IMG/VR virus record: IMGVR_UViG_3300012347_000520
Span: 14,642 to 78,641 of that record
DNA: 64,000 nt
Direction: 5' to 3' (one strand)
Origin: a virus
Taxonomy: Duplodnaviria; Heunggongvirae; Uroviricota; Caudoviricetes
Shown here one piece after another: positions 31,080 through 38,918 of this stretch; positions within the stretch are counted from its first letter, which is position 1; each line of letters opens with the position of its first letter. The translations under genes were made by a program, and so were the position numbers. The notes under the pieces were generated by a model. The model ran no database searches, was not told the DNA's origin, and saw only the letters and a program-made list of their open reading frames with translations.

Positions 31080-31501
31080 TGACTACACAAATAACATTTT
31101 ACATACTAAATACTGATACTTCTCCTACGTATAACTTTCTTTATGTAGGCAGCTTTATTAATGGAGATACTGTATCTGAAGCTAACTATGAGGAATTAGG
31201 TTTAACGCCTATTACCTTTACAGAGCAACCAGAAGGTCGAGTACGTGCACAAGCTACAAAAGTTGATGGTACATGGACTGGTAGTTGGCAAGAAGTAACT
31301 GACTGGGTATTGGAAACAGAAGCTAAAGCGCAGCAGGTACGTCGCCAACGCGACAACAGGCTGGCAGCTAGCGACTGGACTCAAGTTTCGGATGCTCCAG
31401 TAGATAAACAAGCTTGGGCTGTTTACAGACAAGCTTTACGCGACGTTTCAGACCAAGCAGGGTTTCCAAACCAGATTACTTGGCCTCTTAAACCAGCTTA
31501 A
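31079..31501 (+). CDS. tail fibre assembly protein (Tfa / gp38-like chaperone)
   Basis: C-terminal motif RDNRLAASDWTQ..D.P....W..YRQALRD......WP.KP matches the Caudovirales tail fibre assembly protein family. Start overlaps the fibre gene stop. Confidence 0.65.
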   Translation: MTTQITFYILNTDTSPTYNFLYVGSFINGDTVSEANYEELGLTPITFTEQPEGRVRAQATKVDGTWTGSWQEVTDWVLETEAKAQQVRRQRDNRLAASDWTQVSDAPVDKQAWAVYRQALRDVSDQAGFPNQITWPLKPA

Positions 31502-31508
31502 TAAACCG

Positions 31509-31535
31509 CACAGGCCAGTAACCCTGGCCTGTGTT
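31509..31535 (+). terminator. hairpin, possible weak terminator
   Basis: cacaggccag-taaccc-ctggcctgtg inverted repeat. The T-tract is weak. Confidence 0.3.
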
Positions 31536-31548
31536 CAAAGGAAGATTA

Positions 31549-31950
31549 ATGTTTTGGATTTTTAAAATTTTTCCAGACTGGTTATTCTACGCAATACTTT
31601 TAACAGGACTACTAGTCTTCTTTGCTAGTTACCTAAAGTCACTACGAATGTATGACTTAATGTTAAAAAGTTCAGGTTTACTAACCATAGTCTCAGGAAT
31701 TTTTCTTCTTGGTATGTTATACGCAGATAATACTTGGAAACAAGCAGCTCTAGTCCTACAAGCTAAAGCTGATGTTATTGCTGTTGAATCAAAAAACGTA
31801 AGTACTAATATTGACAAAGACTTAGCTGTTAAAAAACAATTAAGTAAAGATAAGGTATTAACAATTACTGAATACATTGACAGCAAAGTAAAAACTACCT
31901 GCGAGCTACCACAAGAAGTACTAAATGCACACAATAAGGCCACAAAATGA
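31549..31950 (+). CDS. membrane protein, putative i-spanin (Rz-like); alternatively a holin
   Basis: Start set at the ATG with RBS AAGGAAG. The track ORF uses an upstream GTG. Two N-terminal hydrophobic helices, then a periplasmic coiled-coil region. Coupled to the downstream lipoprotein by an ATGA overlap. Confidence 0.45.
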   Translation: MFWIFKIFPDWLFYAILLTGLLVFFASYLKSLRMYDLMLKSSGLLTIVSGIFLLGMLYADNTWKQAALVLQAKADVIAVESKNVSTNIDKDLAVKKQLSKDKVLTITEYIDSKVKTTCELPQEVLNAHNKATK

Positions 31951-32210
31951 AATACTTAGTACTAATTTTAGCCCTAACCTTATCTGCATGTACAACTGTA
32001 GTGCCAGTAACCACCAAGTTTCCTGAACAGCCCACAGAACTAAAAGAAATGTGCGCTCCTTTAAAAGAAGCTACTTCTACACAAGTTACTGAGTTCACGA
32101 AAACTGTAGTTACTAACTACCAACAATATCACGACTGTAGCGACAAAGTAACTGCGTGGCAGACATGGTACAATAAACAAAAGCAACTTTATGAGGAGCT
32201 TAATAAGTGA
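31947..32210 (+). CDS. outer-membrane lipoprotein, putative o-spanin (Rz1-like)
   Basis: Signal peptide with lipobox LALTLSAC. Small, Cys-containing mature part. Immediately upstream of the endolysin. Confidence 0.55.
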   Translation: MKYLVLILALTLSACTTVVPVTTKFPEQPTELKEMCAPLKEATSTQVTEFTKTVVTNYQQYHDCSDKVTAWQTWYNKQKQLYEELNK

Positions 32211-32821
32211 CACTAACACTTAATCAATTAAAACAAATTATACCAAAAAATCCTTATGTGGATCACTGGTACGAAGCCTTGGTACAACTACTTGACGAAT
32301 ATCAAATTGATACTCCACAACGTCAAGCAGCGTTTTTGGCGCAGTGTGCGCACGAATCGGGCGGCTTCACCGCTATCAAAGAAAATTTAAACTATCGTGC
32401 GCAAACACTGCGTAAGGTATTTCCTAAGTATTTTCCAACGGATGATATTGCAGCGCAGTACGCAGGTCACCAAGAAGCTATTGCTAATCGAGTTTATGCT
32501 AACCGCATGGGCAACGGCGATGAGGCGTCTGGCGATGGTTATCGTTACTGTGGCAGAGGTCTTATACAGTTAACTGGTAAAGACAACTACCAATGGTTTG
32601 CTGATTCGCTAGGGATTTCACCAGAAGAAGCTTCGGAGTATATGGCTACTTTTGAAGGAGCTTGTCAGTCAGCTTGCTGGTTCTGGGAAACCAATAACCT
32701 AAACCAATTTGCTGATCGTGGAGATATTTTAACCATGACCAAACGCATTAATGGCGGAACTATCGGCCTAGAAGACCGTAAAAAACACTACGAACACGCC
32801 CTACACATTCTAGGAGCTTAA
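32207..32821 (+). CDS. endolysin, glycoside hydrolase family 19 (chitinase-like lysozyme)
   Basis: GH19 signature stretches QRQAAFLAQCAHESGGF...NLNY and YCGRGLIQLTGKDNY. GTG start overlapping the upstream stop (GTGA). Confidence 0.8.
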   Translation: MTLTLNQLKQIIPKNPYVDHWYEALVQLLDEYQIDTPQRQAAFLAQCAHESGGFTAIKENLNYRAQTLRKVFPKYFPTDDIAAQYAGHQEAIANRVYANRMGNGDEASGDGYRYCGRGLIQLTGKDNYQWFADSLGISPEEASEYMATFEGACQSACWFWETNNLNQFADRGDILTMTKRINGGTIGLEDRKKHYEHALHILGA

Positions 32822-32835
32822 TACAAGGAGGTTAA

Positions 32836-33600
32836 ATGGATCCATTAACCCTCTTTGCACTAGCAAATGGAGCTGTATCCGCTGTAAAAGCAGGATGTAA
32901 GCTATATAAGGATATTAAAGGTGCTGCTGGAGAAGTCAAAGAAGTTTTAAAAGACTTAGACAACCAGTTTAAGACTATCCATAAAGATAAACCTCCTAGC
33001 CCAGAAGCTAAAAAGCAGTTCCAAGAAGAAAAAGCTCGCATTGTTGAGTTAAATCAAAAAGACCCTGGCGATGTTTACTCTACAATCGGTGAACAGCTAG
33101 GCGTTTACTTTGAGAACCGCGCTAAATGTATTGCTATCTGGGAAGAAGAAGAACGTAGAGCTTCAGAAGTTTATCAAGGAGGTGCTTCTATTGGTAAACG
33201 AGCTTTAGAACGTGTTTTAATGCGTAAAAAGCTAGAGCAAATGGAAGTAGACTTACGAGAACTAATGGTGTATCAAAGTCCTCCTGAGCTTGGCGGACTG
33301 TATAACGAAGTGTTCGAAATGATGACTAAAATCACAGCCGAACAGTCTAAAGCTATTGCCAAGCAAATGCGTTTAGCTCATGCCAAGGAACTGCAACGTA
33401 AGCGTGAACTAAATCAACTATACGTAGATATAGGCATGGGCATAACAGCCTTAATACTAGCAGCTTCTTTAGGATTATCTATGGCTTATGTAGTAGAAGA
33501 CAGAATCAAAAAATACCCTCAGTATGGCACTAATTGGATACCTAGAACAGAGGAGCAGCGACGTAAAGATGCTGAGCCGGTTGTTTACATAGGCAGATAA
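32836..33600 (+). CDS. hypothetical protein with C-terminal transmembrane helix (lysis-associated?)
   Basis: Perfect RBS AAGGAGG. Helical, charged N-terminal domain and C-terminal TM (GMGITALILAASLGLSMAYVV). Confidence 0.5.
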   Translation: MDPLTLFALANGAVSAVKAGCKLYKDIKGAAGEVKEVLKDLDNQFKTIHKDKPPSPEAKKQFQEEKARIVELNQKDPGDVYSTIGEQLGVYFENRAKCIAIWEEEERRASEVYQGGASIGKRALERVLMRKKLEQMEVDLRELMVYQSPPELGGLYNEVFEMMTKITAEQSKAIAKQMRLAHAKELQRKRELNQLYVDIGMGITALILAASLGLSMAYVVEDRIKKYPQYGTNWIPRTEEQRRKDAEPVVYIGR

Positions 33601-33623
33601 TATTAACAAGAAAAGGATCTTCA

Positions 33624-34067
33624 ATGGCAGAAGAACTAAAGCCTGAAGAACAGGCACAAGAAGATTGGATCACCAAAAAATGGCGTCCAATGATGGCAAT
33701 GATGTATATGTGCGTATGTGCGTGTGACTTTATTTTATTTCCTATTATGTGGACAATTGTTCAGTTCTGGGAAAACGAAGCAGTTAATGACGCTTTTCGT
33801 CAGTGGGCTCCACTAACCCTGCAAGGCGGTGGTTTATTTCATATGGCTATGGGTGCTGTACTTGGTATTAGTGCTTGGAGTCGCGGACAAGAAAAAATGG
33901 CTGGAGCAGCAACTACTCCACCACAGCCTCAAGCACTACAGCAAGGCCTAAACGGTACTACAGCACAGGACATTCCTACTGCACCAACTCAACCAAGAGT
34001 TCAAGCGCCTCAAGCAGGCTTCAATGGTAAACTGGCACCTCCGCCAGCACCTCAACCACCACTATAA
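33624..34067 (+). CDS. membrane protein, holin candidate
   Basis: Two predicted TM helices (MMAMMYMCVCACDFILFPIMWTIV; GGLFHMAMGAVLGISAW) and a Pro/Gln-rich C-terminal tail. RBS AAAGGA. Confidence 0.4.
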   Translation: MAEELKPEEQAQEDWITKKWRPMMAMMYMCVCACDFILFPIMWTIVQFWENEAVNDAFRQWAPLTLQGGGLFHMAMGAVLGISAWSRGQEKMAGAATTPPQPQALQQGLNGTTAQDIPTAPTQPRVQAPQAGFNGKLAPPPAPQPPL

Positions 34068-34068
34068 T

Positions 34069-34254
34069 ATGAAAAATTTATTTTTAGCTTTAATTTTTTC
34101 CAGTTTTGTAATCACGGCACAAGCAGCCGAAACTAAACGGATTTGTCACGATAGCACAAACCCACAAACAAAGAGAGTCACTCAGGTTTGTAAAGAAGTA
34201 AAGCAACACAAAAAACTTGAAGGTACGAAGGTACCGGAGAAAAAATCTAAGTAA
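34069..34254 (+). CDS. small secreted protein (signal peptide)
   Basis: MKNLFLALIFSSFVITAQA signal peptide followed by a Lys-rich ~40-aa mature part. Start 2 nt after the upstream stop. Confidence 0.35.
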   Translation: MKNLFLALIFSSFVITAQAAETKRICHDSTNPQTKRVTQVCKEVKQHKKLEGTKVPEKKSK

Positions 34255-34288
34255 TTAGGCATCAATCATGGCATGCTTAAAAATAGGT

Positions 34289-34317
34289 TTGCCATGATTT
34301 TATATTTATTGTATAAT
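34289..34317 (+). promoter_or_regulatory. sigma70-like promoter (TTGCCA-17-TATAAT) for phoH
   Basis: Hexamers with 17-nt spacing about 45 nt upstream of the phoH ATG. Overlaps a short inverted repeat atcatggc/gccatgat. Confidence 0.45.
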
Positions 34318-34360
34318 CATTGTAGCATAAGACTACAACTTAACTAACTCTAGGAACTAA

Positions 34361-35065
34361 ATGGCAACTTCCTCAGGTAAAAAAGCTCGCAGAGCTGCTC
34401 AACAACAAAAGACTCAACCAATGGATACAGTAGCTAAACCTATTGGATTCACAGAAGTAAGGGCTCTAAATGAAATCCAACAAGATTACTTAGACGCCAT
34501 TAACGAAAATGAAGTAATTTTTGGTGTTGGGTCCGCAGGTACTGGTAAAACGTTTGTTGCTGCATCATACGCAGCTTCGCAACTATACCATCGTAAAGTA
34601 AATAAAATTATTCTAACTCGTCCTAACGTAGAAACTGGTCGTGGACTTGGCTTCCTGCCTGGCGAATTAGAAGAGAAGTATGCCCCATACTTAGACCCTT
34701 TTGACCAAGTATTTAAAAAATGCTTAGGCTCAGGATTTTATGAGTATGCACTAAAGACAAAAGCAATCGAACCTAAACCGCTAGGGTTTATGCGAGGTGC
34801 ATCATTTGAAAACGCTATTATTTTAGTAGACGAAGTTCAAAACATGACCAAAGCAGAATTCAAAATGCTGTTAACTCGTATTGGTAAGAACTGTAAGCTA
34901 ATACTTTCAGGCGACCCAGAACAGTGCGATATTACAGATAGCGGCCTAAAAGACGCCATTTACCGTCTAGAATATCTAGACGGTATTGAGGTTGTTCGAT
35001 TTATGGATGCAGACATTGTACGTAGTAAAATGTGTAAACAAATTATTATTGCTTACAAAGATTAA
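34361..35065 (+). CDS. phoH: PhoH-like ATPase
   Basis: Walker A GVGSAGTGKTFVAA and conserved PhoH blocks (LTRPNVETGRGLGFLPG, ILVDEVQNMT, GDPEQCD). Confidence 0.85.
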   Translation: MATSSGKKARRAAQQQKTQPMDTVAKPIGFTEVRALNEIQQDYLDAINENEVIFGVGSAGTGKTFVAASYAASQLYHRKVNKIILTRPNVETGRGLGFLPGELEEKYAPYLDPFDQVFKKCLGSGFYEYALKTKAIEPKPLGFMRGASFENAIILVDEVQNMTKAEFKMLLTRIGKNCKLILSGDPEQCDITDSGLKDAIYRLEYLDGIEVVRFMDADIVRSKMCKQIIIAYKD

Positions 35066-35080
35066 AAGTAAAAAAAGAAA

Positions 35081-35112
35081 AAGCCCCGTTGATTGCTCAA
35101 CGGGGCTTTTTT
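35081..35112. terminator. bidirectional rho-independent terminator at the convergence of the two arms
   Basis: aagccccgttg-attgct-caacggggctt hairpin flanked by A-run upstream and T-run downstream. Lies between the phoH stop and the stop of the minus-strand gene. Confidence 0.7.
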
Positions 35113-35116
35113 GTTT

Positions 35117-35587
35117 TTAAATAATATTCCAGCTAGTGCCATCAAATATAACCATAACAGCATCCTGAGCACCAAGTACTTTAGTTGCAGCTGTGTTTAT
35201 TTGTTGTCCACTAGTTCCTGTTACAGTTATATTTCCTGTATGCTGATTTTTAACAACATAAACTTTACCTAGTGTTCCAGTAGGTAAAGTTATTGTTATA
35301 TTGTTAATCGTAGCACCAATATAATAATCACTATCAAGTACTGTATAGTCTACAGCAGTAAGATGAACTGCGTATATGTTACTAACGCTACCTGTTGAAG
35401 ATAATACTCCCTGTGGAGTAATAGACAAACCACTGCCTACTCGAATTACGCCAAGACTGTTAGCAGTTGCAATTTCGCAATCTAAGGTAACTGGAATAAT
35501 ACCTGCAGGTGCAAGTGCCGAAGGAGGAGGATTTTGCACTAAAGCTGTTCCTGCCAAAACAGTTTGGGGTTGTCTGTTATAGCTCAT
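35117..35587 (-). CDS. small fibre-like protein, paralog C (shared C-terminal domain)
   Basis: The track ORF starts at a TTG at 35608. ATG at 35587 (MSYNRQPQ..) lies 1 nt after the upstream stop. C-terminal ~60 aa (..GNITVTGTSGQQINTAATKVLGAQDAVMVIFDGTSWNII) is related to the C-termini of 35589..35987 and 36546..36995. Confidence 0.5.
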   Translation of the reverse strand: MSYNRQPQTVLAGTALVQNPPPSALAPAGIIPVTLDCEIATANSLGVIRVGSGLSITPQGVLSSTGSVSNIYAVHLTAVDYTVLDSDYYIGATINNITITLPTGTLGKVYVVKNQHTGNITVTGTSGQQINTAATKVLGAQDAVMVIFDGTSWNII

Positions 35588-35588
35588 A

Positions 35589-35987
35589 TTATAGAATCTT
35601 CCACTCAACGCCTGAGTAAACTAGTGTTAATGCTCCGTAAGGTGCATTGATAGTAGCTGTAGCAGCTCCATCAATAGTTCCTGCTGCAGGAGTGATAGTA
35701 ATAGGTGTTGCAGGCGCTGCTAAACCTAGACCGTCCTTGATATAGAATAGTTGTCCTGTAACGCCGGCAGGTAAGTTAACCGCTACAGCTACTGGACCAG
35801 GTACTTCTACCGATACTACATCATCAGCGTTAGTGACTGCGACCGGAGTAGCAACAGCTATTCGCACTGCTTGAACAGGACTACCAGTTGCGCTGATAGT
35901 AATTGTATTAGCTCCGGTACCCGTAGTAGGTGTTACGGTAATATTGGTACCTGCTAAGATTGAGGTTGGGTTGTTTGTGTATGACAT
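35589..35987 (-). CDS. small fibre-like protein, paralog B
   Basis: MSYTNNP.. N-terminus parallel to its paralogs. C-terminus ..TIDGAATATINAPYGALTLVYSGVEWKIL. Confidence 0.5.
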   Translation of the reverse strand: MSYTNNPTSILAGTNITVTPTTGTGANTITISATGSPVQAVRIAVATPVAVTNADDVVSVEVPGPVAVAVNLPAGVTGQLFYIKDGLGLAAPATPITITPAAGTIDGAATATINAPYGALTLVYSGVEWKIL

Positions 35988-36000
35988 GAAGTCTCCTTAA

Positions 36001-36549
36001 TTAAATTTGAGTTACGACAATTTTTACGCTTGGAGTAGCCGGTCGTGTCGGCGTTACTTGAGCAGCTGTGGGTAGTAATCGCATTGCAATATCTGGGCTA
36101 CTCCACTTTATTTGTACAAAATCACCAGCAACAGCAGTAATTAAAAAGATGCCTGTACGATACCCAGCATTACCTCCTGTATCTACCAACGTAACCTCTA
36201 TGTTAGAGTTTGGTACATTAACACCATTTTGTGATAGCCAAATACTGATAGGGTCTGTACCACCATCGGTTTTGCTAATTTGCATAGTCATTGTAATAGT
36301 GTAAACACCTGTATTAGCAAAAGTAATTTGATTGCCTGCTACAATGCTTACACCGTTAGCTGATTCAGTTGTATTAAATGCTGTATTATTTCCTGTGTTA
36401 ATTACAGGGTTTGTTTGTAGTGTAGAGTCAGAAAAATATCCGTACCAGTTAGGTATTTTATCTACCGTTCCGTTTGTTACTGATAGTCCAGTTCCCACTT
36501 TTAGTATACCAAAGTTTGTAGCTGTTGCTAGTGGGGATCTGTAACTCAT
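36001..36549 (-). CDS. small fibre-like protein D (different C-terminal domain)
   Basis: Start chosen at MSYRSP.. (36549), which overlaps the upstream stop by ATGA. The longer track ORF starts at 36561. Beta-rich, Asn/Thr/Gly-rich. Confidence 0.45.
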   Translation of the reverse strand: MSYRSPLATATNFGILKVGTGLSVTNGTVDKIPNWYGYFSDSTLQTNPVINTGNNTAFNTTESANGVSIVAGNQITFANTGVYTITMTMQISKTDGGTDPISIWLSQNGVNVPNSNIEVTLVDTGGNAGYRTGIFLITAVAGDFVQIKWSSPDIAMRLLPTAAQVTPTRPATPSVKIVVTQI

Positions 36550-36995
36550 ACAATATTCCATTCTGTGCCGTTAAACACTAAAGTAATACTACCGTAGTCA
36601 GTATTGATTAAAGCACTTACGGATCCATCAATATTTGTTGCGGCTGTAACAATAATAGAGTTTGTTGAGGCATTTCCGCTTAAGTCTTTGATAATAAATA
36701 CTGTTCCTACAGGAGCTATAGGTAATACTACGCTTGATGGCGCTGCCACGTTAACGCCAATAAAGTAATCGGCTAAGGTAGCCAAATACGGTGTTGTAGT
36801 TACAATAGTAACGGGTACTAAACCAGGTGTGCCGGCAGGGCCTTGTGGGCCTGCAGGACCTTGCGGACCAGCTGGCCCCGGAGGGCCAGGAGGGCCTACT
36901 ATTATAGAGCTGTTAATAAATAAGTCATTATCGCTACAAAATGGTGCAAATGGTACCAGGGGTAGTAGGGGCGATATAGTTTGTGTTTGATACAT
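36546..36995 (-). CDS. collagen-like triple-helix repeat protein with fibre-paralog C-terminal domain
   Basis: [25 protein letters not shown] run of Gly-X-Y triplets. C-terminus ..[29 protein letters not shown] is homologous to paralogs B and C. Start 1 nt after the Dps stop. Confidence 0.6.
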   Translation of the reverse strand: MYQTQTISPLLPLVPFAPFCSDNDLFINSSIIVGPPGPPGPAGPQGPAGPQGPAGTPGLVPVTIVTTTPYLATLADYFIGVNVAAPSSVVLPIAPVGTVFIIKDLSGNASTNSIIVTAATNIDGSVSALINTDYGSITLVFNGTEWNIV

Positions 36996-36996
36996 A

Positions 36997-37449
36997 TTAT
37001 GCTTTCATACTAGCGTATAACATCCAGCCGTGTTTACGGTGTTGGTCCATACGTTCTGATAAAAAATTGGATAAACCATGCTCTTGCATTGCTTCAGCTT
37101 TAGTATACGCAGAAATTAAGTCTGTATTGATTTTACCATTAGCTAAATACAGGTTCTGTATCATTTCATATGGCGTATGTTGCTCCATAATAGGCTCACC
37201 TATAATACTAGATAAGTTATGTAGTTCCATAAGTGTAGCAGGAGCGTAGCCTCGTATGCTTCTAATCTGCTCTGCAAATACGTCAATTTTTGAGTCTACT
37301 TCGCTATATACTTTACCAAATAAATCATGGTATTCTAAAAAGTCTGGACCTTCGACATTCCAGTGGTAGCACGCAGCCACTAAAGAAAACGCAAACGTAG
37401 TGGCAAAAGCCTTCTTTGTTAGTTCTTGTAATTCTTCTAAATCTGTCAT
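36997..37449 (-). CDS. dps: Dps-like ferritin-superfamily protein
   Basis: Dps signature HWNVEGPDFLEYHDLFGKVYSE...D..AE (ferroxidase-site His/Asp/Glu spacing). 150 aa. RBS AGGAGA. Confidence 0.65.
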   Translation of the reverse strand: MTDLEELQELTKKAFATTFAFSLVAACYHWNVEGPDFLEYHDLFGKVYSEVDSKIDVFAEQIRSIRGYAPATLMELHNLSSIIGEPIMEQHTPYEMIQNLYLANGKINTDLISAYTKAEAMQEHGLSNFLSERMDQHRKHGWMLYASMKA

Positions 37450-37467
37450 TCGTTTCTCCTAAAGAAA

Positions 37468-37498
37468 AAAGCCCCACAACCTGTGGTTGCAGGGCTTA
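37468..37498 (-). terminator. rho-independent terminator (minus strand) after the Gly/Gln-rich gene
   Basis: On the minus strand, AAGCCCTGCAACC-ACA-GGTTGTGGGGCTT hairpin followed by TTTTTCTTT, then the RBS of the Dps gene. Confidence 0.6.
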
Positions 37499-37515
37499 CA
37501 ATTTACCAAAAAATA

Positions 37516-38475
37516 TTAACGAATGTTAGTGTTGGTATTTGTTGGGCTAGCTGTTAGCGTTCCGCTACCAACGTTGATTGCTTCGTTAGTTGAACGAATG
37601 CTTTGACCTAAACCGTAGATTAGGTTAGCAAGTTGACCAAACTGGGCTTGTTGCTGTTGTTGCTGTTGCATCTGATTGATGTTGTTAGTAGTAGTAATTT
37701 CTACACCACGAGTAGCAGCACCAATGTTTTGCTGGCTACGTAACTCGATTAGAGCAGCATTAGCTTCTTGTAGTTGACGAGTTAGATTTTGTTCGTACTG
37801 TGCTGTAATTAGAGCACGAGTTTTTTCACCATCGTTAGAAATATTCTGTGATATAACATAACGGTTTTCCATGATGTTTTGGTTAGTCTGAGCAGCTGTA
37901 CTCATAACAGCTTCTTTAACTCCCTCAACACGAGCTGCTAGAGCTTGGGTAATGCTGTTTAATTGTCCAGTAATACCTAGTGTTTGAGTAGCTTGTGAAG
38001 CTTCCATAGTTGCTGTTGAAACTGCAACGGATTTATCTACTGCACCAATGCCGGCCATTAAGTCCATATTTGCTTGGTTTTGTTCTGGAGGATTACGTAA
38101 AACTGCGCCGCCTACTCCGCCTTCGTTGCCGAATAAACCTCCGTTGCCGTTGCGTAGTAAGCTTCCTAAGATTAATCCACCGATTAATCCGCCGCCACTG
38201 CCAAAACCTAGACCGCCGTCTCCACTGCCGCCGCCCATAATCATACTTGGTGTCATAATTTCTGCCATAGTTTTTCCTTCTGTACCTTGGGTACTTGTTG
38301 TTGCGTCTGTTGCAACTTGTTTAATTTGTTTTGCTAACTTTTCGTAGTATTTACGAGCTTGGTCAGCCTGCTGATTTAGCGCACTCATTAGATCATCACT
38401 AACCGCTTTTGCCATTTCTGGGTCTACTGTGGTTACTGGTGTTTCTGCTGGTACGCCTTCAATTGTATCCGCCAT
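37516..38475 (-). CDS. Gly/Gln-rich protein of unknown function, highly expressed
   Basis: Start set at MADTIEG (RBS AAGGA). Acidic helical N-terminus, then a Gly-rich hydrophobic glycine-zipper-like core (GGGSGDGGLGFGSGGGLIGGLILGSLL..GGLFGNEGGVGG). Thr/Gln/Asn-rich helical C-terminal half with a poly-Q tract (QQQQQQQQ). Consensus promoter upstream and terminator downstream. Confidence 0.55.
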   Translation of the reverse strand: MADTIEGVPAETPVTTVDPEMAKAVSDDLMSALNQQADQARKYYEKLAKQIKQVATDATTSTQGTEGKTMAEIMTPSMIMGGGSGDGGLGFGSGGGLIGGLILGSLLRNGNGGLFGNEGGVGGAVLRNPPEQNQANMDLMAGIGAVDKSVAVSTATMEASQATQTLGITGQLNSITQALAARVEGVKEAVMSTAAQTNQNIMENRYVISQNISNDGEKTRALITAQYEQNLTRQLQEANAALIELRSQQNIGAATRGVEITTTNNINQMQQQQQQQAQFGQLANLIYGLGQSIRSTNEAINVGSGTLTASPTNTNTNIR

Positions 38476-38539
38476 GATAATCCTTGGGATATAAATGATA
38501 ATGCGTATCACGCGCAGTCAAATTTTTTCGACTTAGATA

Positions 38540-38568
38540 ATTATAACACTTTTGCTATATCTGGTCAA
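38540..38568 (-). promoter_or_regulatory. sigma70 consensus-like promoter on the minus strand (TTGACC-17-TATAAT)
   Basis: Minus-strand sequence ttgacc agatatagcaaaagtgt tataat lies about 65 nt upstream of the Gly/Gln-rich gene start. Confidence 0.5.
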
Positions 38569-38666
38569 TAAGAGCTTTCAGGGTTCCTGGAGCATAAATG
38601 CTAGCTGGCATAAATGCTGCAGGAACAGGATACAACTATAGAAAAAGAATTATGTTCCGGAAATGA

Positions 38667-38702
38667 AAAAAGCCCCGTAGATTTCTCTACGGGGCTTTTT
38701 TG
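38667..38702. terminator. bidirectional rho-independent terminator
   Basis: aaaagccccgtag-atttct-ctacggggctttttt with A-run and T-run on both sides. Lies downstream of the 38714 gene on the minus strand. Confidence 0.65.
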
Positions 38703-38713
38703 TTGGCTGAATT

Positions 38714-38914
38714 TTATTCGGCTACTGGATTAGCGGCTTCTTGCTCGGCAGCTTGCATTGCTGCAATTTGTGCTTGAGCTTGAGTTTTAATCTTTTCGCT
38801 TAGAGGGTTGCAGATTTTACCTGGCAACTCTTGTAAAGCTGCTAAGATAATATTAGCTTCTTCTAAGTTTAGTTCAAAGTTGAAGGTTGGGTTTGGGTTT
38901 ACTTCTTGTGTCAT
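38714..38914 (-). CDS. hypothetical small acidic protein
   Basis: Start chosen at MTQEVNPN.., 4 nt after the RNR stop. The track ORF begins 54 nt earlier, overlapping the RNR 3' end. Helical with an Ala/Gln-rich C-terminus. Confidence 0.35.
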   Translation of the reverse strand: MTQEVNPNPTFNFELNLEEANIILAALQELPGKICNPLSEKIKTQAQAQIAAMQAAEQEAANPVAE

Positions 38915-38918
38915 AATT

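Noticed and set aside
37630-37700. CAA/CAG microsatellite-like stretch
   Set aside because: It encodes the poly-Q tract of the Gly/Gln-rich protein on the minus strand. It is coding low complexity, not a repeat element.
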